From the human T2T-CHM13v2.0 reference genome, Homo sapiens, in assembly GCF_009914755.1 (NCBI RefSeq), contig NC_060928.1: a stretch of DNA of 64,000 nt; one strand, 5' to 3'. The notes beneath the pieces are model-generated. The model was not told where the DNA came from. It searched no databases and saw only the letters and a program-made list of their open reading frames with translations. A program made the translations under genes and the position numbers. Shown one piece after another: positions 30,187 through 45,688 of the stretch. Within the stretch, counting starts at the first letter, position 1; each line of letters begins with the position of its first letter.

Positions 30187-31787
30187 AGAGTACATTTTGT
30201 TTGTGGATGAAAAGACTGTCCTATGTGTTTAGTATTCTCTGAAGACAGTGTGAGACTTTTAGGAACAAAGTCAGCCTGACCCTGTTGGGAGAGGCAGAAG
30301 CAGAGGTCTGCTGGGGAGAGATCATTTCCTCCTTCTGATAAAATGTGCCAGAGTGCCCTGGACTGGTGATACCTGGAACTGGGCTCTGATGTCACTTTAT
30401 TTTACCAAATGTGCCCAAGTTTCCCCTTTTTGCAGGTGAATGGCCCTTCAAACATTCTACAAAAAGGGGTATTACGATTGTAATACTAATCTTTAAAATA
30501 ACACTTTCTTTTCTTAACGGGAGTGTGGAGCCACAGCTGGCACAGCCTTGGGCCCAGGCTGTCCCTGCTCTGTTTTTGTGGTTCCAGGTGCTTGTGGTGC
30601 AGGTTGTGTGGTTGAACAGTGCTTGTGTTGGCCACACACATTGTTATTGGAAGAGGATCTTTTTTTCATTACCTTCTGTAATGGGGAATAGTTTATATTA
30701 TTTTCCCCAATGACCAAAAGCAAGAAACTTTGAAAACTGAAATTTTAAGACCTTAAAACAATGTCATTTTTTTTTTAAAAAGGAAACCCTGGCATTTAAA
30801 TGGCCTACCTTGGAAGCTGTTGGAGAAGGTGGATGTGCTCATACCTGGAAAGAGAAGGCTCTCCGCTGCCTACCCACACTGGTCTCGCCTTTTACCTCTT
30901 TTCCCTCCTTTCCAAATAACTGGTTTCTTCTCCCTTCTCTTCCTCCTCTCCTCCCACCCGCCCCTGATTTGAGCAGATTATAGTATTGCCTGTTAGGTAA
31001 GCAGAAACCCCCAAGCCTGGTCAGTAAGGGATCCTTTCCTTTCCTGCCCTGTTACAGTCCATCTTGGTTGGAATCAGCACCAGGCCTGTTTGTATGTTTT
31101 TATCCGCAAGGTGGCGCTGCAGGAAAGCCTGGAAGTCAACCTGTTTAAAGCTTTTCCTCTCATGCTTTTGGCACGCCACTTTACTGTGGCCTTAAAGAAC
31201 TAAATTTGGTTTAAGTCAGTATGGATTTTTTTTAATGAATAAGTTAATGTCTTATATATGCATATGCCTATATCCTCTTTTCCCCATATCTACCCATGTA
31301 ACCTTAAAATTTTTTTGAACCATGTTGGTGTTCTTGTTTTCATTTTAATTCCCATTCAATTGAAAAATAAAGCTTTTCACTTCAGGGAAAATATCTTAAT
31401 TCACGTTTATTATCATATGTTTCTGATTGAGGATTTATGTGTTCATTTAGAATTTTGTTGCTTTTAGGTGTCTTTCTTTCATTATTTTTTGATCACTGAG
31501 TTTCGTTTGTGACTGGGGTTGGTTAAGTAGCTTGATCAATTAGCCACCTCTTGTTATCTCACATACCTTGGAAGTTAACTAATACAAGTAGGTAGGGGAA
31601 ATTTTGTTCTGGAAAATCAAGGAAGGATTGGTGAAGGTTAAATACCTCTTCGGAACAGGAAATTCCAATTTTATTTCAAATTTAAAAATTTTTAAAAAGC
31701 TGAAGTCACTTGATTTCAGCCTCTTATATGAAGATGTGTCTTCTCCCTCATTCCCCCAATGGGTCAGGACAACAGATGTGGCAGTAA

Positions 31788-32132
<345 letters not shown>

Positions 32133-32525
32133 TGAGCCTCATATCTAGGAGGGCTTCTATGCTTTGTTTCTTCACAGCCCTGTGTCTTGCTTAGTGATAT
32201 CCAGAAAGGCTGTTAACTTTGTGGAATGTCATTTACTTATTTGTGCCAGAGCTGATGGGCAGTGCTGAGAGGCATCAGAATGGGAAGGCAGCACTAGAAA
32301 CCGTGGGCTGGATGGGACCACACAGAGGGCAGCTACATGTGTTCATATTATCTCGTCGAGGTCAGCTTGCCCATGCTGTAAATGCAGTTCTCATTAGATA
32401 CACTATACTAGCTTGTCCACAGTTCCTGGGGTTAATTCTGACCCCATGTAATGGTGCCTTAGCGTTGTCCCCAGATGAGGTACATCTCCTGTGCATTGTG
32501 ATCAGAGCTATTAAAACCAGCTCCC

Positions 32526-33013
<488 letters not shown>

Positions 33014-34496
33014 CTAATTACAGGGTCTGAGGAGCAGCCGCTATTAAAGTAGCATTTGTTCTGAGGTTGAGGAGTTATTGCCCTGCGAAGTGTGGGGGAC
33101 GCTGATGCTGCCATGTGGGTGATGTGGGGCCAGGCAAACCTACACACACTGGCTGTGGCCTCTCTGGGAGTGTGTATCGTCTGTTTTCTTCATTATTGCC
33201 TTTTCCAACTACCTTTTCCTTCCTTTATCCTCCTCATTCCCTCACCACTACTCAGCATAAGCATTTTTAATAAGTCATAATAATGACCATTTTTTTTAGC
33301 ATTTTCTCTCAAGTGACAACTTTGACCATCTTGCAATGGGACTTTTTCTGTCTTACTAACATTGCTTCTCAGCTTCCTCCTATTTTCTCCTATCCCCTAA
33401 GGCTGATTTTTTGAAGAAATTGAAGAATGAAGGGGAGGGATTTGGGGAACAGAAGAAACAGCATTTAACAGCTCTTATCTCATGCAGATTAAGAGCAAAG
33501 AAGTGGCATGCATTTCCAACATTTCAGTACTTAGGGACTAGTTGATTTCTTTAGTTATTATATTGTATATATAAGTGTTTTGGAGATAGGCACATTCTGT
33601 AGATTTACTTTAATAATGTTTTCAACTGCATTTATCTGGTAATGTATGCTTTTGTCTTTGGAAATGTAGTGTGTTGGTTGTTAACAGCTGATGTTTAGCA
33701 AATGCTACTATTTTTTAGAAAGTATTTTGTAAAAGTGTTCTTCTCTATTCAGTTTTTATTGTTTAACTTTAGCTCTTCCTTGTGTTGCTGGTGGTGTACA
33801 CCAAAATAACTTGTATAATAAGCTAAGTGGCTCCTTTACTTAGGACTGGGCTCATTTAAATGTATATATATATGTATTTTTTTTCAGACTCTGTTGGAAC
33901 TAGGAGCAGCGTATCTGTACAAATTACTGTTCGTTGAATGAATGAATGAGTGAATAAACATCCATCTCTCCTGTTTAAAAAGAAACAAACCTTCACTATT
34001 ATTAACTCCCTTAAACCAAAAACTTAATTTGAAAACTCCATAGTCAGCAGTGTTTGTCCCCCAGCTCAGTCTGTGGTTTTGATGGAGACTTTTTAGACCT
34101 CCTTTCAAACAGCTCTGGGATTCTGTTTGATTTGTGGTACCCGCAGGGTGGCTTCTGGTCTTTCTCGTCCTGCTCCTCTTCTCCATCTTCACTGTGTCTT
34201 TTCCTGTTTCCATCCATTCACTTCTCTTGATGTCACGACATGACACCATGGCCCAGGCTGTGATCACACGAAAACAGGAGTGAGAACTCTTCTTTGTTTA
34301 TATAGCACCTTTCATCCCTGCACAGACACTAGCTCATTAGTTCACCGAGTCAGACGGCCCTCTTGCACAGGGAAGACATGCCCATGATCCCCATTCCAGA
34401 GAAGAGAGGTGAGGCAGTTGCCTAAGATCCCATGAAGGGTCTAAAGTAAACCCTTTGACTCCGATTGAAGTTCTTTACTGGCCTTTACATTTTACA

Positions 34497-34564
34497 TATA
34501 TATATGTGTGTGTGTGTGTGTGTGTATGTGTGTGTGTATGTGTGTGTGTGTGTGTGTGTGTATA
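34497..34564. repeat. (TA)n(TG)n microsatellite
   Basis: Read directly; about 28 interrupted TG units. Confidence 0.95.
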
Positions 34565-35219
34565 GTTGAATGAATGAGTGAATAAACACGCATCTCTCCT
34601 GTTTAAAAATATATATATATATACTTCATCTGGTTCTTTCCATTTACCATTACACATGAGTTCTCTAACTGCTTACTGAGGGCTGACTGTGCCGGGCATC
34701 GTGCTTGGTGCCATCCCCTACAGATGCCAGTAGGGCAGCCCTTGTGCCCTTGCCTGTACCTCACAGAGGTCAGGAGGGCTGCTGGAGCAGGTGGCAGGCC
34801 CCGCTTGCTGTAAATGAAAGCCTTCCCCAGAAGGATGAGTCTGTTCTGAAGCCAAGGGGCCGCTGGCCTCTAGAGCATCTGTGTGGCAGAGGGTGGAGTC
34901 ATGGGAGAAATACTCAGGAATCCAGGAGAACTGTCACTTGGGCAAATTACTCACTTTCCTGGGGCTCCTCCTCCTCTATAATAGAAGATCAGGTCCCACG
35001 TAGAAGACTTTAAGGGCAACCATCATATACTTCCAGACTTCTAATAATTAAATAATGGAAGTCAGCATTTATTGAGCATTTGTGCTTAGGCTTTGTGCTT
35101 TACTCCCAATGTAATTTCATTCTCACCTCAACTTCCTGAGGTGAACAGAGTGATTTCAGTGTCATTTCAGTTTCAAGAAACATACTCAGGGTCACACAGC
35201 CAGTAAGTGGTGCAACTGA

Positions 35220-35628
<409 letters not shown>

Positions 35629-35810
35629 TCTGTTTTAAAATAGTCATTTTGGGAAATACATTGTTTCTGGCTTGAGATTCCTACTTCTATGCTGAAACTC
35701 AAACTATTTTTGTTGCCTATATGGAGCCTTTTGATCAATCATTCCTTGAACCATTCTACCGAAGTTGCTTGCTGACACTCTGGTCATAATTCTCTGCTTT
35801 GCATTTCCAG

Positions 35811-35900
35811 GTCATTAAAACACCAATGACCAGCCAGAAGACATTTGAATCTTTGGTAGACTTTAGCAAAGCCCTAGGAAAGCATCCTGTTTCTTGCAAG
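35811..35900 (+). CDS. HADH: HADH coding exon 5
   Basis: CAG|GTCATT...AAG|GTAAGA; [30 protein letters not shown]; 90 nt. Confidence 0.98.
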
Positions 35901-36228
35901 GTAAGAGTATGGGTAGCTTGGGAAGGAGGTAGTTCTTTTCTTCTTGGACCCTGACTTGTTCCTGGTAGAATTCTTCTCATAGAATGATGTGAAAGAAGGA
36001 GCATTGTATACTGCAAGCTTGTCCACATGCTGTAAAGAGCAATCCGTGCCTCCTGTTCTAGTTTGTAGACAGGGAAACTGGACTCCTAAGCCATGCCTAA
36101 GGCCATTATGTGGATAGTCTGAGACCTGAATGGAGCTCAGGACACCAGCTGAGTAGAAGACACGGGACTGCTCTCTGTCCTGGCTTTTGTCTCCTGATGA
36201 ATGGCTGCATTTTCATAAATGATTTTAG

Positions 36229-36369
36229 GTACAGCTTGGTAAACACATACCTCCCTAACAGAAAATGAGGGCTTTACTTTTGCAAGAAATACTACAGATG
36301 GTGAAATAAATGATAAGACAGTGAGAGAGCAACCTGCCAAAATAGCAATAAGGAACCTGTTTCTCACCG
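36229..36369 (+). other. HADH: Latent 141-nt pseudoexon in HADH intron 5
   Basis: Acceptor TTTTAG at 36223-36228; near-donor CCG|GGAAGT where 36371 is c.636+471; in-frame TAA after VQLGKHIPP. Confidence 0.8.
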
Positions 36370-37943
36370 GGAAGTTGCATTATGTTTTTATTGTTTGTTG
36401 TTTTGTTTTTCAAGAAGCAGCATGGTTTAGTGGGAAGCCTGCTTGACCTCCATCTTTTTTTTCCCCTTTCTTAAGCTGCCCAGTTATTGTATATAAAATA
36501 ATCCCAGTTGCTGAAATGATAACCTACCTGAAGGTAATTATTTTGATTACCTTCAGTTTCTCCATTTGCTTTAGTTCCTCTTTAGTTCCCCCAAAACTCG
36601 GGGACTATACTTATGCATGACTTTGCAGTTTTTCTTAAGGGGTAGTTGTGTCACAAAATGCTACACCATTACAAAGATTTACATATAAGTCATCTACTTT
36701 TTTTTTAACTGTAATCCTTTGTATCATTATAGTTCTCATAGCAAACTTTTGCTTTCTAAAATATTCTCGAGTTTGAACTTACAGTACTGTACTAACCCAT
36801 GAAAAATCATGTTGTTCATGAATCACCTGAAGAAGCCATCTGTTGAGGTGGACTCCAGCAGCCAAAGAGAGCAGGCTTGTGTGTCCTGCTCCTCCCCGTC
36901 CATGGGTAAAGTGTTGTTAGGGAGTCTCATGCTTTAACACCCATTTTTTGTTTGTTTGGTTCTGTAGTTTTAAGTCATCTAGATTTCTAAACTCATATTA
37001 ATAATTGGATGTTATGATTGTACTTTCTTACGCAGTTATGCTTTGTTAGTGGAAGAAAGTAGTAATGGTATTGAAAAGAACATCTGTGCAAGACAAAAAG
37101 ATATGGAAACAGAAGTACAGGGAAAAGCTAATGATTATCTTCAGCAGCATAATAATTAATCTACAAAGTAATGATTCAGTCTTCCATCAGAGTGGCCACG
37201 GCAGCTGCAGAGATGGGAACTCTTTGTTCTCATTAAATTATCTTGTTAGGTCATTCCAGAACTCTCTCTGTGTGGTATTCTAAGGGCTTTCAGAGGGTCT
37301 TTCTGGGTCAGTTATTGAAGCTCTTTATGAGGCATCTGGACAATATATGGCAACTACATAGGACAAGGGTCAGCAAACTTCTGTAAAGGACCAGATAGTG
37401 AATATTTTCAGCCATACAGTCTCTGTTGCAAGTAGTCAGTTCTATTGTTGTAGCATGAAAACAGCCATAGACAGTATATGCAATATGAGTGTGGCTGTGC
37501 TCCAGTAAAACTTGACTTACAAAAACAGGCTGTGGGCTACAGTATTGTACTTTACCAATACTTGACATAGAAGAGGGGCATTAATGTGCCTGGAATGTGC
37601 CTTCCTAGTGAGACTTCATGAGGGGATTGTGGTATATAGGTTAAGGGTATGAACTAGCCCAACTGGGTTTAAATCCTGGTGCCGGCACTTATTAGCTGTG
37701 TAACCTTAGGCAAGCTACTTAACCTCGCTGTGCCTCAGTGTCCTCATGCTTCACATAAGGATAATTATAGTACCTCTGTCACAGGGTTATTATGAGGAAT
37801 GAATAAATTAATATTTTTAAAGTATTTAGAACAGTACCTGGCACACAGTAAGTACAGTAAATAAAATGTGTTTAATAAATAATCTGAAAAATATGAATTT
37901 GATTACATAAAATAAAATTACTTTATTTAAAGATTGTGTCTCC

Positions 37944-38675
<732 letters not shown>

Positions 38676-39985
38676 AGTGAGTTTAAATATTTAATGAGTC
38701 TTGGCACTTTTTCCTTATTGAGCTCTATGAGCTTTTTCTGTAGAAGATATTAACTGTTGGAGCTTCATGTTCTCAGGTACCCTATCTTGAGTCTATAGTG
38801 AACCTTTTGAAGTTGAAAAGAGTATTTTTGCCTCAATTATAAAATCTGTATTGTTCCATAATCTTAATTAAGCTGATAAAACTTGTTTGTGCATCTTTGT
38901 GCTCATGTGGCAATAGATGGGGTTAGGGCTTGGTTTCAGTTTGCCTAGGGTTAAAGGAGGTTCACATCCTTTGTGTTACTGTCCAGTTTCCCCGCATGCA
39001 GTCAGGTTAGCTCTGTGAGGAGTGCCTGGTCATCTGTAATTCAGACATTAAGGAAGTACCTGGTGTGTGCTAGAAACAGAATGCAGAGTTCAGGCCAGGG
39101 TGAGGATTTCTGCCCTCAGGAAGATCACAGCCTTTTGACAAAAGAGGAGGCACCATTTGCCTAGTGGAAATCAGCTTCAACAAAAAAATCACCTGCTTTT
39201 CTCTACAAGTCCCCGGAAGAGATCAGTAGATAAAATCCAAATCCCACACCTGTCCTCCAGAGAGATGATTATTGTTAGTTACTGAGAAGGGAAATGGATG
39301 AAAGGCATATGTGGCACAGGGGTCACCGCAGGATGCAGAGGTCTTAGGGGGTGTGCCGTGAAAGGCCAGCTCTCTGTCAGAGGCTCTGCTCCTTTGTCGG
39401 AGCACGTGCCCTCAAGTCAGCTCCACTGCAGTGTGCGCTGGAACCTGAGAAGTTGCTGAGTAGCCGAGGAGTGGCTCCAAGGAGCCTGGAAAGCAGTCCT
39501 CCTTTGAGGACCATTCAAGGTGGAGTGTGACGTTTTGTCGATTCTTGAAAGGGAATTGGGAGGAAAGAGGAGGAATAAAGGGATGGGTGTAGGGCTGTGT
39601 GTACAGCATTTTATGTGTTTTCTGATTTATCTTCACAACTTTGAGACAAACTGTCACCCCCAGTTCACAGATGATGAAACAGATTCAGAGTGACAGAAGG
39701 ACCAAGAGAGTATTCAAGATTGAACCCAAATCTGTCTCTCCCAAAGCCATGCTCTTCCAGGTCACACCTGTGCCTTGATCTGTCTTTATGTCAGGATCTG
39801 TGCAGTGGGGCATCTGGGTTTGAATGTTTTTTTAAGTACTATGATTGTTGGATAAATTGTCATATGAGATAGAAATAAGGCCATGCTGCAAATTTTGAAA
39901 ATGTACAGCTTGATAAATGGGGGCAAACATGATCCAGGGTAAGAAGGGGCAATTTGGTGACTTCACAAAAGATACCATTTAATGA

Positions 39986-40225
<240 letters not shown>

Positions 40226-43200
40226 TGAGCTCAGCTGCACCCTGAGCCCTGGTACCTTTTTCACTGTTTTCCCAGGGCCTCCTGGCTTCCCTGTGGGCCT
40301 CTGAGAAAGGTTTCTGGAACTCCCACCACCCCCACTACAGTCCCAGCCAGAGCAATTGCATGGCCGGCCCAGATTGATATCCTGGATCTCTGCTTTTGAT
40401 TAAAAGGTTTACTGCTTTTAAAAATAATCATAATGTAAAAATCACTAGGCTAGGAGATCTTGAAAGTTCCTTAAGGTTCTAAAACTTGTGACTGACAGGT
40501 GATTAGAAATATGTGACAAGGCCGATATGTGGTAAGGACAGTTTTTAGTAGTCTGTCCTTACTGAGTGATGTCATGATGTACTTTTTGTAACCTTAAGAA
40601 TGGTGTAAACAGTTTTCCTCAGTACTTGATTGACAAAGAATGCTTTTCTCTGCTGTAGAAATATCAGATTTGGGACAGGGTCCAGGCCTCTAAATTGATC
40701 TGCATTCTCCTGCCTGCTTTCCCTCCCTGGTTTCTGGAAAGGTAGCTCTCATGTCTGCTTCAAAGGCAAACAAGCCTTAATAGGACTGGATAAAAAGCAA
40801 GTGTAATTGTTTTCAATTACTTCATTCATAAATGCTCACTCCTGAGAGTGTCATTTTTTAAACAAAACATTTACACCAGCTCTTCCAGAGAGATGAAAGC
40901 ACATTTGCTTCCTCAAAATCTGCTTTAAATATTAAAACTTTTCTCTATGGTTTATGGAAGCAATTGCCTCACTTTTGCTCCAAGATCAAACCAACAGTTC
41001 TGGTTTATCTATCAACAAATATGCCTAATTACACCTCAAAGAAAGCACAGAGCATTTTACCCTACCTTGAAAGGCAGTTGTATGTCTTTTTTTTTTTTTT
41101 AACAAAATGTAATGTTTTAGAATGTAGCATGTGAGAGATCCACCTTTTAATGGTGTTTTCCTCACTGTCCATTTGATGCATTCTCCAATGCACCAAGTAT
41201 CAGATGGTAAGTTGAAAGCCCTCTTCTTGTCTGTGGTCCCTTTCTGCATAGGTGCATGCCCTTTAGCCCTCACCATCCCTGGCCGCCTGTGGGCTGAAGC
41301 TGGAAGAGCAGGACCTGGCCTCAGGACATGCTCTTAGCTTGCTCTGGGCATGGGCTTCAACAGCCTATCATTGCTGGTCCCTCTGCTTCTTTTTCCACCA
41401 CCTTCTCAGAATCTGCTTCTGAAGTTGCTGGGTGTCCTGCCTGGGGTGGGTGCTGCTTCCCTACTGCACACTACAGTCACACCCTAGGCCTCTTACCATG
41501 TCCCCCCGCCCACCACCTGCTCCCTCCTCTCAGCCAACACAGAGGAGTGCTCAGAGCATGCCCACCGTGCCATCTCCGTTCATACAGTTCCACCTTGAAG
41601 CTTCAAGCATCTGGAGGCTCCTTCTCGTCTGCCACATCTGTTCATCACTTTTGATTCCTTCCTGTCATGCCTGTTCCACCTCTTCATCCCACCTTTTCCC
41701 CATCCCAGTCAGGCTGCCTTCATGAGGTTCCTTAGGTAGCAGAGTAATTCACGCTACTCATGTCTTTTCCTGACTGGTCCCCGCTACTGCACTTACTGAG
41801 AAAGTATCATATTGTCCAGGAAGTTGAGACACCGCCTACTGCATCTGCCCACACACCCCCTGCACAGCCTCGGCAGGAGCTCTGTGACTGTTTCTGAACT
41901 CATGCAAGGAGAAATTTTCTGTACCCCACTGTTGATACACCTGGGGTTCCAGGCACATGGTTTGGCCAATGCTGCCTTGAGTGGTGCAGGCTCTCTGGAA
42001 GGATGTGTGTGCTGTTGTAGGTCAGGCCTCCTGGATGACCGGGCCTCTGCCACTAACACTTCTTGCCAGTCCCCATGGGATCTCGTGGAGGCTCACGCCC
42101 TTTTGCTCTGCTGTTTGTCCACTCATTTTGGCTTCCATGTTGGGCCTTCTTTCCCAGTATCCCAGCTCCGTCCTCACTCTTCCTATTGCTCTTGTTCGTT
42201 CACACTGTGACTGAGGCCTGATGCATGCCCCAGTCACTGTCACTCCTGTGAGTCAGAGGGACAGAGGCTGGATAGGCTGTGTCTGACAGTGGACTGCTGC
42301 CCTTGCCAGGCACCCACTCCTAATGGCCAGTGTGGGCAGGATGGTGGGGCCAAATGGTCAGCTCTTCTCAGGAGGGCTCTGCTGGCAACAGGCCTGGGAG
42401 CACCATGAGCCTGCCCCCCAGTCACCATGTGACATCTTGCTCACATTGTCGCCCCTGCTCAAGACAGGCTCAGTGGTTCTCTGGTTTCCTGCCATCTACA
42501 AGCTCTGCCAGAGAGCCTTCCTTCTGGCCAACCTCTGCCCCTGCTGTTATCACCGCCAACTACTCCTGCCATTCCCACGTTGCCCCACCTGAGTGTCTGC
42601 AGAGCTCCCAGCTGGACATCATCTCTGTCATCACAACTCTTCTTGCTTTGGCTCTCCCTTGGGTCACTTGTCACTGTCTTCCCTGTGGCATGGCAGGTGT
42701 TTTCTTTCCCTTACTATACTCTCTTTTCTGGGGCACTCTGGCTCCTCCTCATCTTCATATGTCCCAAGGTGCTGTGTAGGGCGGGCACATAGGCAGCTGC
42801 TGATGAGTAAAAATGCTGTTTCTGAGTTGTTGCTAAGTGCCTCTGTTGTTCATGCTAAGAATGGTTGGCAGGTGGTGCTGCTGAGCCAGACAAAGAAGCA
42901 GATGTTGGGCAAGTCCCAGCCCCTCAGCTGTGCTGATCTGGAGTTCACTGAGGAAGCTTTCCTTTGCTGTCTTGTCTGGAGTTAGGGGCTCTTAACTGGA
43001 GGGAGGTAGGAGAGGGTGTCCAATGAACCTCCTAAAGTTGACGCAGAATTTGGGTTATATGTGCATTTTTTATGGAAAGGGTGTCTGATTGTCAGAAGTA
43101 CTTGATTCTAAAGAAGTTTAAGAATTATTAGTTTAAAACATGATTCCACATCTAACTGTCACTTGGCACACCAATCTCTGTATTTTGTTTCTCTGTTTCT

Positions 43201-44663
43201 GAAAGTTTGCCTCTTTTGCTCTGCATTATTGAGAACACGATCTTTAGAGTTGGGCTGACTTTGTAGAGTTATTTAGATATTTTTCTATCATGTGCTGTAT
43301 CTTCATATTATTTCTTGAAATAAAACAGTCCTCAAGTGAGTCTCTGAATATGGAATTACAGCGTTGCTTCTAGGGTTAATTGTCCTGTCCTTGAATATAG
43401 ATTTCATTAAATGGCTTTAGCTGAGTTGCAACCATTATGCTGTCAGATTTCTGTCCCAGGGAGACTGCCAGTAACAAATGAACCAGTACATAAGCATGTT
43501 AGGTTGTGATGAGTAATTGTGGAGAAGAAGATAGTAAGGGGTGGCAAGAGTCTTGTCCTAGTGTCCTGGCCTTTTCTTTAGTGCAGGGAGTTGCTTTTTT
43601 TATATATGCAGGGAGGAGAAGAGGCTGTCAGAAGTATGACACCTGAGCAGAGGCCTGGAGGAAGTGAGAGACTGAGCTCCGAAGCTGTCTGAGGGCAGCA
43701 CCTAGGCACAGGGAGCATATCCCAAGCCTGAGGAGCCTGTGAGGCCGGCACTTCCAGCATTCCAGGGCTCTACCAGCACAGAAGCTGCGGGGCTTCCTAA
43801 TGAAATCCTCTGAGTAGAACCCACTTTTAAGCTTCATAGCCACACCCCAAATATGCTGTGTTCCTTCCCATTCCTGCCTCTGCATGTGCTGTTCTCTCTA
43901 CCTAGAATGCCCTTCCTGGTCTGCTCATCTCAGGATTATCTTCACCTTCCAGGACCCAGGCATGGGGGTGGTTTTGGTGAAGCCCTGGCAGTGTGAGTAA
44001 ATCTCTCCATCTTTACTCACACAGAGCTGTGTGAGTCATGAATCTTCAGGTCTTATTATGTTGAAGTTTTTGGCTTACACATCTGAGTTCTCCCATTATG
44101 TCATGAGTACCTTGAGTGCTTGTCTGGTTTATCTTTGTCTCATTCTACATCTCTGGTGCCTGCTACATAATGAATAGAAGTTGAATGAATGAATGAATGA
44201 ATGACGCTGCCTATATGATTATTTTTGTTTCTTTGCTTTCTTATGGCCTAACACTCAAATCATGATTTCTCAGGCGTCTCTAATCCTAATTAGTGTAGTT
44301 ATTAGTAATGTCAACCATAATAAATAATTGTGGTGTATTTTAGTCACCTTAAAATGCCTTGAAATCCTTTGGAATTACTTTAGTAATTTATTTGCTTTTA
44401 AAAATATATCTTCTTTATCGATGTTTAAGTAGTTTCTCTCTGAGTGTCTTAACATTTTTCCCTCTTTTCTTTAGCTTTGATCTGATTGACTTCTTAATGC
44501 TTTGGAACAAAATTCTAGATAGCCACCTGTTGCAGACTATTCTACTTTTCTGATTTCAAAGAAAGGGAACAGATTGTTCTCCATAAAGGCCTCTTGGGGC
44601 CAAAGGACATAGTAAATTTCCAAGGGAAAAGCACATTGATCCTTGTCGTAGTCTACTCAACAG

Positions 44664-44714
44664 ACTTCCAAACGTGTGGTGATTCTAACTCGGGTTTGGG
44701 CTTTTCTTTAAAAG
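44664..44714 (+). CDS. HADH: HADH 51-nt in-frame cassette exon (331-aa isoform)
   Basis: CAG|ACTTCC...AAG|GTATCT; phase 1-1; inserts [17 protein letters not shown], which I recognise from the longer HADH isoform. Confidence 0.8.
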
Positions 44715-45037
44715 GTATCTTGACTAAAAGGTTTGTGTGAAATGTGATGCCAGGGGAATACTCCTTACTTGTAAAACCCAAAAAACTGGGGGAAAGAATA
44801 CATACAATAACTATACATACAAAAGCAGAAAGCTTAGTTTTCTTTTTAAGAAAGTTTATTTATAAATCAAAAATATGCTGTAGCATTAAATTATACTTTA
44901 ATAAATGATTCCAGAGTTGGAAAATCCCAATGTATTTGAAAGTAGCTGAAGTTTCAGGCATGGAGACTTCTGTCTCCATGAACAGGGTATCAGTACTCCA
45001 AAATTCACCTCAGTGGTGCGTAGCTTTGAAAATCTTG

Positions 45038-45330
45038 GGCCACACACTGTGGCTTACACCTGTAATCTTAGCACTTTGGGAAGCTGAGACGGGAGGATCA
45101 CTTGAGGTTGGGAGTTTGAGCCCAGACTGGCCAAATGGTGAAACCCTATCTCTACTAAAAATATAAATATTAGCCTTGTGTGGGGGCGCACACCTGTAGT
45201 CTCAGCCACTAGGGAGGCTGAGGCAGGAGAATCACTTGAACCCAGGAGGCGGAGGTTGCAGCGAGCCAAGATCGTGCCATTGCACTTCAGCTTGGGTGAC
45301 AGAGCAAGACTCTGTCTCAAAAAAAACAAA
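45038..45330 (+). mobile_element. Alu (S-type)
   Basis: Full dimer with A tail. Confidence 0.9.
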
Positions 45331-45487
45331 GTCTTATGACCTCTTTGGCATGTACTTTAGAGAGGAAATCTTACCCAAGCCAGAAAGTCTCAGTCTAGGC
45401 ATTTTTTTTATTGTGCAAGCATATAAAATTCTAGTAATTCTGGGGCTAATCCTGTGATAGGGAGAATTCAAGGAAAGGTGGTGGTGA

Positions 45488-45688
<201 letters not shown>

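Noticed and set aside
41328-42985. Dense cluster of overlapping ORFs in HADH intron 6
   Set aside because: Pyrimidine-rich intronic sequence giving Cys/Ser/Pro/Leu-biased chance frames; no coherent splice structure or homology I recognise.
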